A stretch of DNA of 64,000 nt, taken from contig JAANOX010000238.1 in NCBI GenBank assembly GCA_020184695.1, positions 124,001-188,000 on the forward strand, in the 5' to 3' direction. The stretch comes from Histomonas meleagridis 2922-C6/04-290x (taxonomy: Eukaryota > Protista > Parabasalia). Positions 33,056 through 44,189 of the stretch are shown here, one piece after another. The notes under the pieces were generated by a model that made no database searches, was not told where the DNA came from, and worked only from the letters and a program-made list of their open reading frames with translations. The translations under genes were made by a program, and so were the position numbers. Numbering within the stretch: position 1 is the first letter of the stretch; the number at the start of each line of letters is the position of its first letter.

Positions 33056-33637
33056 ATGAAATCAAAAGACCAAATTGTTAAATTTCTTTTAATTGGAAAC
33101 TCTTCTGTTGGTGTGCAAAAGCTATTAGTCACATATGCTACTGGAACGTATTCGTATGAAACATTACCATGTTTCACTGATTGTACTAAACTAATAACTT
33201 ATAATGACCAGCCTTATAAGATACAAGTAGAACTATCTCATTGGACTGACGAATATGAAAAGATAAAGCAATTAAGGTGTCAAGAAACGGATGTTTTTAT
33301 ACTTTGTTTTTCACTTGTTTCGCTAGAATCATTAGAATTTCTCCAAGATGTTTGTGTGCCAGAACTCCAAAGGTTTTGTCCCAATAACCTATGTATTTTA
33401 GTTGGACTGAACAGTGATCTTCTCGATGATGAGAATGCTGAAAAAAAATATTCAACAATTTCAAAGCAGAAAATAGAAGAAGTGAAAAGCATTATAGGGG
33501 CACGTGGCTATGTAGAATGTTCACCTAAAAATAATGAGCATGTAGATGATATCTTTACATTAGCACTTCAAGTTGCTTTATCAGAAGGTCTTGCCCACCA
33601 TCGACGCGAAGAACATTCTAAATGTAAAATATATTAA
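33056..33637 (+). CDS. Divergent Rho/Rac-family small GTPase
   Basis: KFLLIG, TDVFILCFSLVS, ILVG..SDL, YVECS and C-terminal CAAX CKIY; G1/G3/G4 motifs degenerate. Confidence 0.8.
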   Translation: MKSKDQIVKFLLIGNSSVGVQKLLVTYATGTYSYETLPCFTDCTKLITYNDQPYKIQVELSHWTDEYEKIKQLRCQETDVFILCFSLVSLESLEFLQDVCVPELQRFCPNNLCILVGLNSDLLDDENAEKKYSTISKQKIEEVKSIIGARGYVECSPKNNEHVDDIFTLALQVALSEGLAHHRREEHSKCKIY

Positions 33638-33914
33638 AAATGATTAATTAATTTCTTTCCCTATATACCGGTAACTTAAGTTTTCTTATTTTATTTCATA
33701 CATAAAAGAAAAATGTATATCAAAAAAATCACAAATAACTCATTAAAAACTTATATTAGAAAAGTACACTTGTCTATAAAGACATTTTTTGAAATTTCTT
33801 TTGTATATTTTTGAATAATATCATTATTATTAATATCACTACTTTAGTAAAAGAAACGTTGAAAAAATCAATATGGTAATCTAATATTAGATTGAATAAT
33901 GGATTATTTGCATG

Positions 33915-34080
33915 TTACATGAAATTGACAAAAAGAAGAGCAGTTTTAAATAATTCATAAAAAATCCAAAAATTATTTTTGAACATAACATTAATAAAAC
34001 AAATTTTAATAAAAGCAAATAAATATTTTTTACGTTAAGATCAATTCCTTCTTGTTCAAGAAGTAACTTAACTATTTTGT
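33915..34080 (-). pseudogene. Inverted ankyrin-repeat remnant with 80-nt insert
   Basis: Minus strand: KIVKLLLEQEGIDLNVKN-[80 nt, 34024-33945]-TALLFVNFM*. Confidence 0.75.
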
Positions 34081-34536
34081 ATAACCATATTTAAATTAAA
34101 AATAATTTTAACAAGAGTTTTTAACACTTTAATGTCTTCAGTGACTTTTGGTTTCTTTGGATTTTTGAGATCTTCCATGTATTATAAAGGAGAAAAAAAT
34201 ATTTATACTCCAATCACTTTTTAAAAAATTTTATAACGCTACTTTTTAAATTCTGAACGATCAAAACAAGAACCCGAATTTTTAAAAAGTGTAATATAAA
34301 CTTCAGAAAAATTTCTGATTGAATTAAAACAATCGTTGATACCGTTTAATAAACAATTCGGATATAGCAGTTTTTTCGAGCAGAAAAATGAAAAATCGAG
34401 ATCAGAATGAATGGGAAACATTTTTATCAATCAGACAAATAATTTTTAATTTAAACTCAAAAAATCTTGACCAGTCAACTAATTTTATAATTAATAAATT
34501 TGATGATAATTATCTTTTAATACAGTTATCATTCAA

Positions 34537-37500
34537 ATGACATATATTAGACTTGTTACGAAAATAAATGATATTGATGTCTATTTAGAATTTCTTAAAG
34601 GAATTGAAACATTTGAAGAAAACAATAAAATCAAATCAAAAATCCTTCAAATGTTCTCATGTTTTCTTGATAAAAAGCACCCCTACGAATCATTTTATAT
34701 TATGAATAAGATGAATGAACAAAATATTCTTGATTCAAAATATATTAAAAATTTGAGCAAACCTAATTCGGTATATTATTCTGATACTCAAAGTAATTAT
34801 TATTATGTAAAAATTTTAAAGAATGATTTCGAACTTCATAAAAAATATGTTAAAGAAGGAAATAATCCGAATGAAATTGCACAAATAATTCGAAATGATG
34901 AAATCGAAAAACTTCAAGAAATATCATCACATACAAATTTCGATTTTAATCAATATGTTATACCATCACTTTATGAAAAATATTCATTTATTAATAAAGA
35001 TAATGTTTCACTCATTGATTATGCAGCATTTTTTGGATCTGTTAAATGTTTTAAATATTTACTTATGAATGGTGCTAAAGTAGAAAATACAGGTAAATAT
35101 GCAATTTCAGGTGGAAATGAAGAAATTATTCATTTATGTGAACAAAATCATTCTTCATTTAAAGATGCATATGAAACAGCAATTCAATACCATAAAAATG
35201 ATATATTTAAATATCTTTATGAGAATAAAATCGATCAATTTAATGATTTGGAATTTTTAGGAGAAAAATGTATTTTATATTATAATTTTGAAATTTTATC
35301 ATATTTAATTGAAGAAGGAATGAAAATTAATGATAAAATTATTAATACATCAGCAAAAATTGGAAATCTATATCTTACAAAACATTTCCTTCAAAATAAA
35401 CAAATTCCAAAAGATATATTAAATTATTCATTTGATTCTAAAAATATTGAACATTTTAAATATATTTTAGAACAAGAAGGAATTGATATTAATGCTAAAG
35501 ATATCTATTTGTTTTATTTAATATTTATTTTAATAATTTTGGATTTCAAAATAATATTTGGAAATGATTTAATTTATTTAGAACAGCGCTTATTTGTGCA
35601 TCTTTATATAGTTATACAGAAATAGTCAAATTACTTCTTGAACAAAAAGGAATTGATATAAATGCAAAAGATATTAATTTGTTTTATTTAAGATATATTT
35701 CAATAATTTGATATTTCAAAATAATATTTGGAAATTATTTAAATTATTTCAAACAGCACTTATATTAGCATCTTTTTTTGGTCATGTAGAAATCGTTCAA
35801 TTCCTTCTAAAACATAAAGAAATTGATATAAATGCAAAAGATATTAATTTGTTTTATTTAAGATATATTTCAATAATTTGATATTTCAAAATAATATTTG
35901 GAAATTATTTAAATTATTTCGAACAGCACTTATGGAAGCATCTAATAAAGGTTATAAAGGTTATATAGATATTGTTAAATTACTTCTTGAACATAAAGAA
36001 ATTTATATAAATGCAAAAGATATTAATTTGTTTTAATAATTTAATATTTCAAAATAATATTTGGAAATTATTTAAATTATTTCAAACAGCACTTTTGTTT
36101 GCGTCTTATTGTGGGTATGAAAAAATAATTAAATTACTTCTCAAAAAAAATGAGATTGATCTTATAAAATGTACTTATTTATTTTATTTAATATATGTTT
36201 TAATAATATATTGTTTCAAATTAATATTTGGAAATTATTTCAATCGTTTTGCAAAGTTCTTATTTTAGCATCTAAAGAAGGTTTCATTGAAATTGTTAAA
36301 TTTATTCATGAACAAAAAGGAATTAATGTCAATACTAAATATATTTTTTTGTTTTAGTTAGTGTTTATTTGATTGGTTTGATGTCTGTTTTAATGATTTT
36401 TATATTTTATTATATTTGGAAATTATTTAAATTATTTCAAACAGCACTTATTAAAGCATCTTTTTTTGGTCACGTAGAAATCGTTCAATTACTTCTAAAA
36501 CATAAAGAAATTGATATCAATGCAGAAGATATTCATTTGTTTTATATAATCTTCGTTGTAATAATTTGATATTATAAAATAATATTTGGAAATTATATAA
36601 ATTATATTATACATCTCTTATGTGTGCAACTCACTTTGGATTTATAGAAATCGTTAAATTACTTCTTGAACAAGAAGGAATTGATATTAATACTAAAGAT
36701 ATTTATTTGTCATATTTAGAATTTATTTTAATAATTTTTTATTTCAAAATAATATTTGAAAATTATTTAAATTATTTAGAACAGCACTTATGTTAGCATC
36801 TTTAAATGGTCATACAGAAATAGTTAAATTACTTCTTGAACAAGAAGGAATTGATATTAATGCTAAAGATATTTGTTTATTTAATTTGAAATTTATATTA
36901 ATAATTTGACATTTCAAAATAATATTTGAAAATTATTTAAATTATTTAGAACAGCACTTATGTTAGCATCTTTAAATGGTCATACAGAAATCGTTAAATT
37001 ACTTCTTGAACAAGAAGGAATTGATATTAATACTAAAGATATTTATTTGTCATATTTAGAATTTATTTTAATAATTTTTTATTTCAAAATAATATTTGGA
37101 AATGATTTAAATTATTTCAAACAGCACTTATTTTGGCATCTTTATATGGTCGTACAGAAATAGTTAAATTACTTCTTGAACAAGAAGTAATTGACATTAA
37201 TGCTGAAAATATTTATTTGTTTTATTTGATATTTATTTTAATAATTTAAATTTTCAAAATAATATTTGGGAATTATTTAAATTATTTGAAACATCACTTA
37301 TGTTAGCATCTTTAAATGGTCATACAGAAATAGTTAAATTACTTCTTGAACAAGAAGGAATTGAAATAAATGCTAAAAATATTTATTTATTTTGTTTAAT
37401 CTTTTTTTGAAATATTTAATATTTGAAGATTTGATTTGAAATTTTTTCATGATATTTAGAACAGCACTACAATGTGCATCAAAATTTGGATACATAAATA

Positions 37501-37738
37501 TAATTAAATTACTTCTTGAACAAGAAGGAATTGATATTAATGCTAAAGATATATATTTGTTTTGTTTAAAATTTATTATAATAATTTAAGATATCAAAAC
37601 AATATTTGGAAATGATTTAATTTATTTAAAACAGCGCTTTTTATAGTATCACAAAAAGGTTATACAGAAATAAAAAAATTATTTCTTGAAAGATTGGGAA
37701 TTGACATTTATTATAAAGACAAGAATTATCAAGGTTAA
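34537..37738 (+). CDS. DUF3447-type ankyrin protein whose 13 C-terminal ankyrin repeats are each interrupted by a frame-breaking insert
   Basis: N-terminal ORF has SLIDYAAFFGSVKCFKYL and AISGGNEEIIHLCEQ; 13 stop-free segments TALxxASxxGxxEIVKLLLEQEGIDINAKD follow; the last runs to TAA at 37736-37738. Confidence 0.75.
35503..37630 (+). repeat. ~170-bp tandem unit (90-nt ankyrin-coding segment + 80-nt AT-rich insert) x13
   Basis: Inserts at 35503-35582, 35673-35752, 35843-35922, 36022-36085, 36173-36252, 36343-36440, 36531-36610, 36701-36780, 36871-36950, 37041-37120, 37211-37290, 37381-37460, 37551-37630. Confidence 0.92.
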
Positions 37739-38197
37739 ATTAGATTGTGTATTAAATTTACGAATAAATTTTTTTATTATATAATATTATCTATGAAAAT
37801 AATCTTTTAATAACAGAAAAAATTTTGTTATCTATGTAATCAAATTTAATTCATATGTTTAAATAACCCAATTCGAAACTTCGTGAAATAAGCTTTTCAC
37901 CTTTATCATCTATAGGTGCTTATGACCACAAGTGAAAATATTTTGGAAGCAAAGAAATAAAAAAATGATTAAGATTTTTGATTATAATTTTTTATATGTG
38001 TCTTTTCTGTAATTTTAATTTTATATCAATTTTAAGGCAATCGCTTAAATATTTTAATTCTAATCATTTGTACAATTTCCATTTTATTTAATAATATTCT
38101 TAAATTTAACATAATAAATATTCAAAGAATTTTCAAATTAATTTTATTGAATTTTTTATAATATTTATTTTTCTTAAAAGAAAAACAATAAACGAAA

Positions 38198-40756
38198 TCA
38201 AATCGGTTCCTCTTTATGCGTAATTATCAATCTCTTTATCATAGCCAATATTCTCGTTTCGTTCAATGAGTTACCAGACAATATTTCATTTAATATCATT
38301 GCTTCTTTCTCGTCGATACCCAAATAATTCACAGCTATTTTCACCATATCCTCCACGTTACATATTCCGACTTTAATGATATCCATCAACAATTGCAACG
38401 CATTTCTTAAGACGTCTTCATCGAAAGCGACGAATACTCCTTTAATCAATGATCCGATGATTAAATTTATCGAGTTCATGATCAAATTTTGTGGAAATAT
38501 TTCCATGATACGTCTTAATATTGCTAAAGTTTCGCTAACGATTCTTTGATCGAAGACATTTAAAAATTGCAATATGTATTCGATCGTAAAGAAATTAATG
38601 AAATTTTCCCATTTCGATATCTCAAACAAATGTTTAATGAAACATAACGAATCAAAAATGATTTGTGAATCATTAACATTATTAACGTTTTGTAGAAATA
38701 ACATTACATTATTCGATGGTAAAAACTGATCGAGCTTCTTAAGCAAATCAAAATGTGAATGAACTGGCGTTTGATGTAATGATACGCCAATCCATTCGAG
38801 GATTTCATTTTGGTTCGATACGATTCTCGAATCGATACATAACATTAAAAATTCACATAATGAACTTACAACTGTTTCTTGTTGTGGATTAGTCCATAAT
38901 GGATTTAACAACACAAATATTTGTTGATATAACAACTTGAATGTGTTACTAACAATACTATTCGGGTCCCAATGATCGAAACTTGTCATTATTTTGTAAC
39001 TCTTCGCAAATTTGTTCAGATAGAGAAATATCGTCGGATTCGAAGTTTGTAACAAATGATTAAATAAGTTCATATATGAGTTAACTATCGTCTCAATGAT
39101 TTGTGGAATATGAAATACTTCCGATTGCGTAATTGGTACAGTGTAAAGGATATTAAATAATGTCCGATTTATGGTTGTGATAAGTGTCGGATTTGTTATG
39201 TTTGGTAATAATGTAACTAATGGAAATATTAATAATTCTTTATTAGATAAAAATACATGATAATACATCTTGGAGATAGTCTTAATCGTTTTCGCATAAT
39301 GTATGGATATCTCGGAGTTCAGATTTTTGTTGAATTCAGCATATAAAAAAATAATTAATTTTGATATGTGTGGTGAAATATGTTCACAACAGGAACGTAT
39401 GAAATATAATGTAATTGGGGATAAAGGTGGTTTAACTAATGATGTAAATAATATTGGAGTAAAATAACTTTTCAAGGTTGGTGACGTGAACGATGAAATA
39501 GAGTATACAATTCCGGGGGTTAGGCCCTGCTCAATTTTGTGCCGATAGAAGCCGAGTAAAACATTCAATGTATCGGCCGAAGGTTCGTCTGGATTATAAA
39601 CAGATGAAAAGGAATCAAAAGCTTCAGAAAACCTATTGACCCAATAAACTTCAATGTTTTGATCGACAAGTGTTATCATGAAATCTAAAAAGCGTGGTAC
39701 ATATGGTAAAAAATGTGGAAAAGATTCATATTGGGATAAATTGCGAAATTGTTCTCCAACCATATAAAGTATATCAATTAATTCATTAGGAATCTCTGCA
39801 AGTGCTGGAAGAGATGCAATTAAGTGTTCAAATGCTGCTAATGAAAATGTTGATACAAGATCTGATAAAAGTTGAGTAGAGTAATCAATAATTTCATTCC
39901 ATATGTATGAAGCTTGTTGGATTTCTACATCTTCACATGGTGGTTGAATAAGGATACCGCATATATTAATTCCAATTTCAAATATACGTTGGATAAAAGA
40001 AATGTCCCCTTGCGATTCAACAGAATTCTCATAGTCACTCATTGTAATTGCGTTTAACAGTTCTGTGTATGATGAATAAAAAATCGAATTTCTTGGAATT
40101 AATTCAATTTTAGGAATAAGTTGATAAAAATCGTTATACGTATCTTGGCAAAAAGTATTTATAGTGTTGGCAAGAAGATGAATCCAATCTTTGGATATAT
40201 CTATGTTTTGTAAAACAGTGATTATATGAGGATATAATAAAACCATCTTTTCCTTGAAGAGTTGACTGCCATTTGACATATTTTCAAGTAAGCTCTTGAA
40301 AAAATAAGGTAAAATATTTGGTGGAAATTCAGGAAATGTATCAATATAATTTGGAAAAAGAAGACATATTGTTGTAATACAATCAATGAATTTATAAGCA
40401 CACATTTCTGAAAGACCAGGACAAGTTGGCTGATTAATTCTTTTTTGTAATGATCTAAATATTGTTTCAATTGCCATTTCATTGAATTGATCTGTAAAAT
40501 GAAAAACCTGAAACATAATAGCTTTCACAGCAAAAAATAAGAGATTTTGATTAGATGAATTTTCTATGATTTCAATAGAAGCTCCAACTGATTCAAAACT
40601 TCTTTCCCATTTAACAAGCCATGCATCGGCATTCCTTCTCTGTTCTTCATTGGTGCCGAAAAGTGCTTCTACAGCTCGAGAAACAGCTTCAATCAAAGCA
40701 GTAATTATGAAAAAAGTGCTAAAATTTTTGCCAAAATTAGGACACCCTAATTTCAT
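38198..40756 (-). CDS. Karyopherin (importin-13/transportin-SR/exportin-like) HEAT-repeat protein
   Basis: N-terminal AVEALFGTNEEQRRNADAWLVKWERS...LLFFAVKAI resembles IBN_N; helical, 852 aa. Confidence 0.6.
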   Translation of the reverse strand: MKLGCPNFGKNFSTFFIITALIEAVSRAVEALFGTNEEQRRNADAWLVKWERSFESVGASIEIIENSSNQNLLFFAVKAIMFQVFHFTDQFNEMAIETIFRSLQKRINQPTCPGLSEMCAYKFIDCITTICLLFPNYIDTFPEFPPNILPYFFKSLLENMSNGSQLFKEKMVLLYPHIITVLQNIDISKDWIHLLANTINTFCQDTYNDFYQLIPKIELIPRNSIFYSSYTELLNAITMSDYENSVESQGDISFIQRIFEIGINICGILIQPPCEDVEIQQASYIWNEIIDYSTQLLSDLVSTFSLAAFEHLIASLPALAEIPNELIDILYMVGEQFRNLSQYESFPHFLPYVPRFLDFMITLVDQNIEVYWVNRFSEAFDSFSSVYNPDEPSADTLNVLLGFYRHKIEQGLTPGIVYSISSFTSPTLKSYFTPILFTSLVKPPLSPITLYFIRSCCEHISPHISKLIIFLYAEFNKNLNSEISIHYAKTIKTISKMYYHVFLSNKELLIFPLVTLLPNITNPTLITTINRTLFNILYTVPITQSEVFHIPQIIETIVNSYMNLFNHLLQTSNPTIFLYLNKFAKSYKIMTSFDHWDPNSIVSNTFKLLYQQIFVLLNPLWTNPQQETVVSSLCEFLMLCIDSRIVSNQNEILEWIGVSLHQTPVHSHFDLLKKLDQFLPSNNVMLFLQNVNNVNDSQIIFDSLCFIKHLFEISKWENFINFFTIEYILQFLNVFDQRIVSETLAILRRIMEIFPQNLIMNSINLIIGSLIKGVFVAFDEDVLRNALQLLMDIIKVGICNVEDMVKIAVNYLGIDEKEAMILNEILSGNSLNETRILAMIKRLIITHKEEPI

Positions 40757-40814
40757 TTCACTTTTATTCCATACGTTAATTTTTTTGAAAAAGTTGAAAT
40801 GGCGCGGACAGTAA

Positions 40815-43301
40815 ATGGCAGATGCTGTTGGGCAATTGGTTGAAGAATTTCTTGTTTGTTTCAGAACATTACAACTTTCTAGAGTTAGTGATATTTTTGA
40901 TCAAATAATTCAACAAATAGGTGATAATAGCTTAAATTCAAATTATGTTTCAAGAATCTCATCAATTGTTTTCCCAATTTTATACCCAAATGATAACACA
41001 ACATCTAGATTAAGATTTAATATTCAATGTATAACATGTTCTTATTTAATTAGAATTGCACCTGAATCAAGAGCTGAAATTTTAAACTCAATAATTGATA
41101 CTTTTAAACAATTCCCTCATGCCTTTGTTGGTAGGTCGATAATGAAAGATTTAACTGTATCATTTTTTCAATTTACTCCCAATTATTGGGACATGCTTCG
41201 TTTTCAATTCCAAAACTATTCTATTGATCTTATTTGGTGTTTCATTATATATTGTTCTGATAATACAACAATATTATCAATGCCAAATTGGGATTTAATC
41301 GTTGAATTACTTTCAAATCCTAAAACATTTACAAATAGACAATTTTCCGAAATTGTCACTTTTTTAATTACAGCAACAAAAACATGGGGACCAAATCCAT
41401 TAGTTTCTGCATCTTTTATAGATTATTGTCTTAATTTAACAATAATATCCGATATTCCAAGTTTTTTATATAATTCAAATTGTTCTCCACAAACTCTTCA
41501 AGAAAATATTATATATTTAATGAGTATTAATTGCTCAGTTGTTTCCCCACAAACAGCACGAGTATTATCAACAATTGTTCGAAATGATGAAAAATATCAA
41601 TCAAAAATATTTGAGTTATCATTATTTATATCATTAATGTTAAATGTTTCTTCAAATTATATAAATCCAATTTTACAAAGAATAAAATTACTTATCGAAA
41701 ATTCAAATTTTGAACCATTAATTGCTTCACATATTTGTGTAGCAACATCGATATGTAATATACAAAAATATTCTTTTCTTGATATTTTTACAAAACAATT
41801 TTCAGGAAATAATATTTTGTTTTCGGCATTTTTTGGAAGTTTTGCTGAATGTGTTGAATGTTTACCAATTGTACAAACGATTCCATTATTACAAGATATA
41901 TTTAAATCCATTATAAACAGTGGTCCATCAAATGGTATATGTGATTTTGCATCAAAATTACTTGATAAAGTCATTAAAAATCCCGAATGTTTTAATATAG
42001 ATGACTTACAAGTATTAAATCAATATATTGATATATTATTATCTTCAATTTATCAATTTTGTTTGACGTCAGATAAATCAATTCCTTATATAATATTATT
42101 TTCAGCTGCTTCAATTATATCAAAACTTTCTTTTTTATTTTCAACAACGATTAATCCATTGTTTGATTTGAATTGTTTATCCAAAACTTATTTTATTTGT
42201 GCAATATGTGCAATTTCTTTAAGTTATTCAACAATTGGTAGTCATTCAATTGCATTTGAATATTCATTTACAGCAAATATAATTTCACAATTATTCGGAT
42301 TTAAAAATCTTTCAAAATATTTCTCATTAATACCAGAAATTTATGGAATTCCTTCAATGTTTCCACCAGGTTTTATATTACCAAATGAATTTGCTCAAAT
42401 TATTTTTAATTCTGCAAAAATATCAGAAAAAGATGGACTTTGTTCAGATGAAGACTTCTATCAATTAATTATATATATTTTGGAAATAATACAAGCAAAT
42501 GATATAATTAAAAAATTTATTTCAAAGTTTTGGTCTATAAAAAAGTCGATAAATATGTCATTAAATTTATTTTCTCGATTTATTACAATTATTATGAAAT
42601 ATAATTGTTTTGAATATTGCAAATCTTATTTTATATATTTAATAAATGAAAATAATAAAACATTTTTAAATCAACTTAAAGAAGTTTTTAAAGAGAATTC
42701 AACTTTTAGATATTTATTCTTAACAAAAATTCTTTCAGTTTCTGCTTTTAAAATCCCATTTTCATTTTACATTGCAAGAAAAATTAATCTTGATAGTGTA
42801 GAATATGAATATATGATTCCTTCATTAATAAATGTTTTACCTTATAAGACTAATTCTTCAAGTATTCTTCGTGCTGAAGCAATAAAATTTGTTGCTTGTT
42901 CTTCTTGTTCACCAAAGCCAATTGTAGAATATTGTAAAAGTGTTTCTTTAAATTTATTACTTCAAAAAAACGAAAAACCTCAATTTCCTAAAATTAACAA
43001 TAAATCTTATGATACAATTGAATATAATGCTTTTTCTTCTATAGATCATGTTATAAATACAAGTAAAAATGCGGCAGCAAAAGAAATTGAAGCGGCACTT
43101 TATTTCTTGGAAAAAGCAATGGAAATAGAAATGATACCAATAAAAAATGAAGATCTTGATAAAATACATAAATCAGTAAAACATTCAAAGGATCCAAGAT
43201 TAATAAAACCTTATTTAAGATTCCTCAGTTCTCTTGGATTACATGGAATACCTTATGCTGCACAAATATCTTCGTGTGTACAACAGATTCCATTTTATTG
43301 A
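40815..43301 (+). CDS. Hypothetical helical protein (828 aa)
   Basis: Long ORF; no motif recognised. Confidence 0.75.
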   Translation: MADAVGQLVEEFLVCFRTLQLSRVSDIFDQIIQQIGDNSLNSNYVSRISSIVFPILYPNDNTTSRLRFNIQCITCSYLIRIAPESRAEILNSIIDTFKQFPHAFVGRSIMKDLTVSFFQFTPNYWDMLRFQFQNYSIDLIWCFIIYCSDNTTILSMPNWDLIVELLSNPKTFTNRQFSEIVTFLITATKTWGPNPLVSASFIDYCLNLTIISDIPSFLYNSNCSPQTLQENIIYLMSINCSVVSPQTARVLSTIVRNDEKYQSKIFELSLFISLMLNVSSNYINPILQRIKLLIENSNFEPLIASHICVATSICNIQKYSFLDIFTKQFSGNNILFSAFFGSFAECVECLPIVQTIPLLQDIFKSIINSGPSNGICDFASKLLDKVIKNPECFNIDDLQVLNQYIDILLSSIYQFCLTSDKSIPYIILFSAASIISKLSFLFSTTINPLFDLNCLSKTYFICAICAISLSYSTIGSHSIAFEYSFTANIISQLFGFKNLSKYFSLIPEIYGIPSMFPPGFILPNEFAQIIFNSAKISEKDGLCSDEDFYQLIIYILEIIQANDIIKKFISKFWSIKKSINMSLNLFSRFITIIMKYNCFEYCKSYFIYLINENNKTFLNQLKEVFKENSTFRYLFLTKILSVSAFKIPFSFYIARKINLDSVEYEYMIPSLINVLPYKTNSSSILRAEAIKFVACSSCSPKPIVEYCKSVSLNLLLQKNEKPQFPKINNKSYDTIEYNAFSSIDHVINTSKNAAAKEIEAALYFLEKAMEIEMIPIKNEDLDKIHKSVKHSKDPRLIKPYLRFLSSLGLHGIPYAAQISSCVQQIPFY

Positions 43302-44189
43302 AACTTTTAATCTCAATTATTTGTTAAAAAATTCTTTAATATAAGTGTTTTTTATTATCTAACTTTTATATTCAAATTTTCATGGATTACTGCTCCTTAA
43401 TTTGCAACTTTAAGGAAGAAGAGGTTTGTAATATTCTGCGAGAAGGTCATTTTCCGCATCGCTGGGTTCTTTTACTTGGTTGGCGATATCGGTTCTGCTA
43501 TTTCCTGATATTTCTTTTCTAATTTGGATAACGATTTCTGGTGTGAGAGCACTTCTCAAATTTTTTAATGTCACTGCTATAAGGTATTCGTATTGTTTTA
43601 TTTGATAGTTGGACGAGAAAACATGTCATTTCTTGTTCCGCCACCTAGAAAATTCAAGAATTACTATTGATCGTGTTTTGGAGGTTATCTTATCAAATAC
43701 AAAATCAGAGGCATTGAAAAGTCAATTGTGATATGTTAGATGAAAATCTGCCAGTAAACAAAATTTTATAATTGAATAGTTTACAATTACAAACCAAAAT
43801 CATGACCACTTTCAAAGCGATAAAATATGTTCATTCAATAACATTTGAAACCAGCCATATCTCTGCATCACTACTGTGCACCATTATCCATTAAATTCTT
43901 TTTGTAACATAATGAAAATGTAATTCTACATGGAACCAACTGCATTTAGAATTCTCCTTACAACTTCATAATCATCAACCACTGCTGCGTTCGAGCTCGA
44001 TATTTAAAAATGCGCATTTTTACATTTGAAACCATTTCTAATTGTTAATGACAACAAAAAGTAAAAGTAAACTTTAATCCTCTCAATATTGAAAAGGTGA
44101 TGTTACAACCGTTTGGATTCAACGCACTTTAGAAAAAGCAAATAATTCATACAAAAAGTTAAACTTTTTCAACAATCACTTTGAGATGT

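Noticed and set aside
35501-35585. U12-type AT-AC intron reading of the insert (ATATCT...AAC)
   Set aside because: Splicing at these sites puts the next segment out of frame, and the U12 5' consensus ATATCCTT is not matched
35503-37630. Ankyrin array as a CRISPR-like repeat-spacer array
   Set aside because: The variable parts are ankyrin codons, both parts are homologous between units, the genome is eukaryotic and no cas genes are present
43380-44000. Coding-like minus-strand fragments faintly resembling a phosphatase (IMVHSS...)
   Set aside because: Too many stops and no intact signature motif; cannot be supported without a profile search
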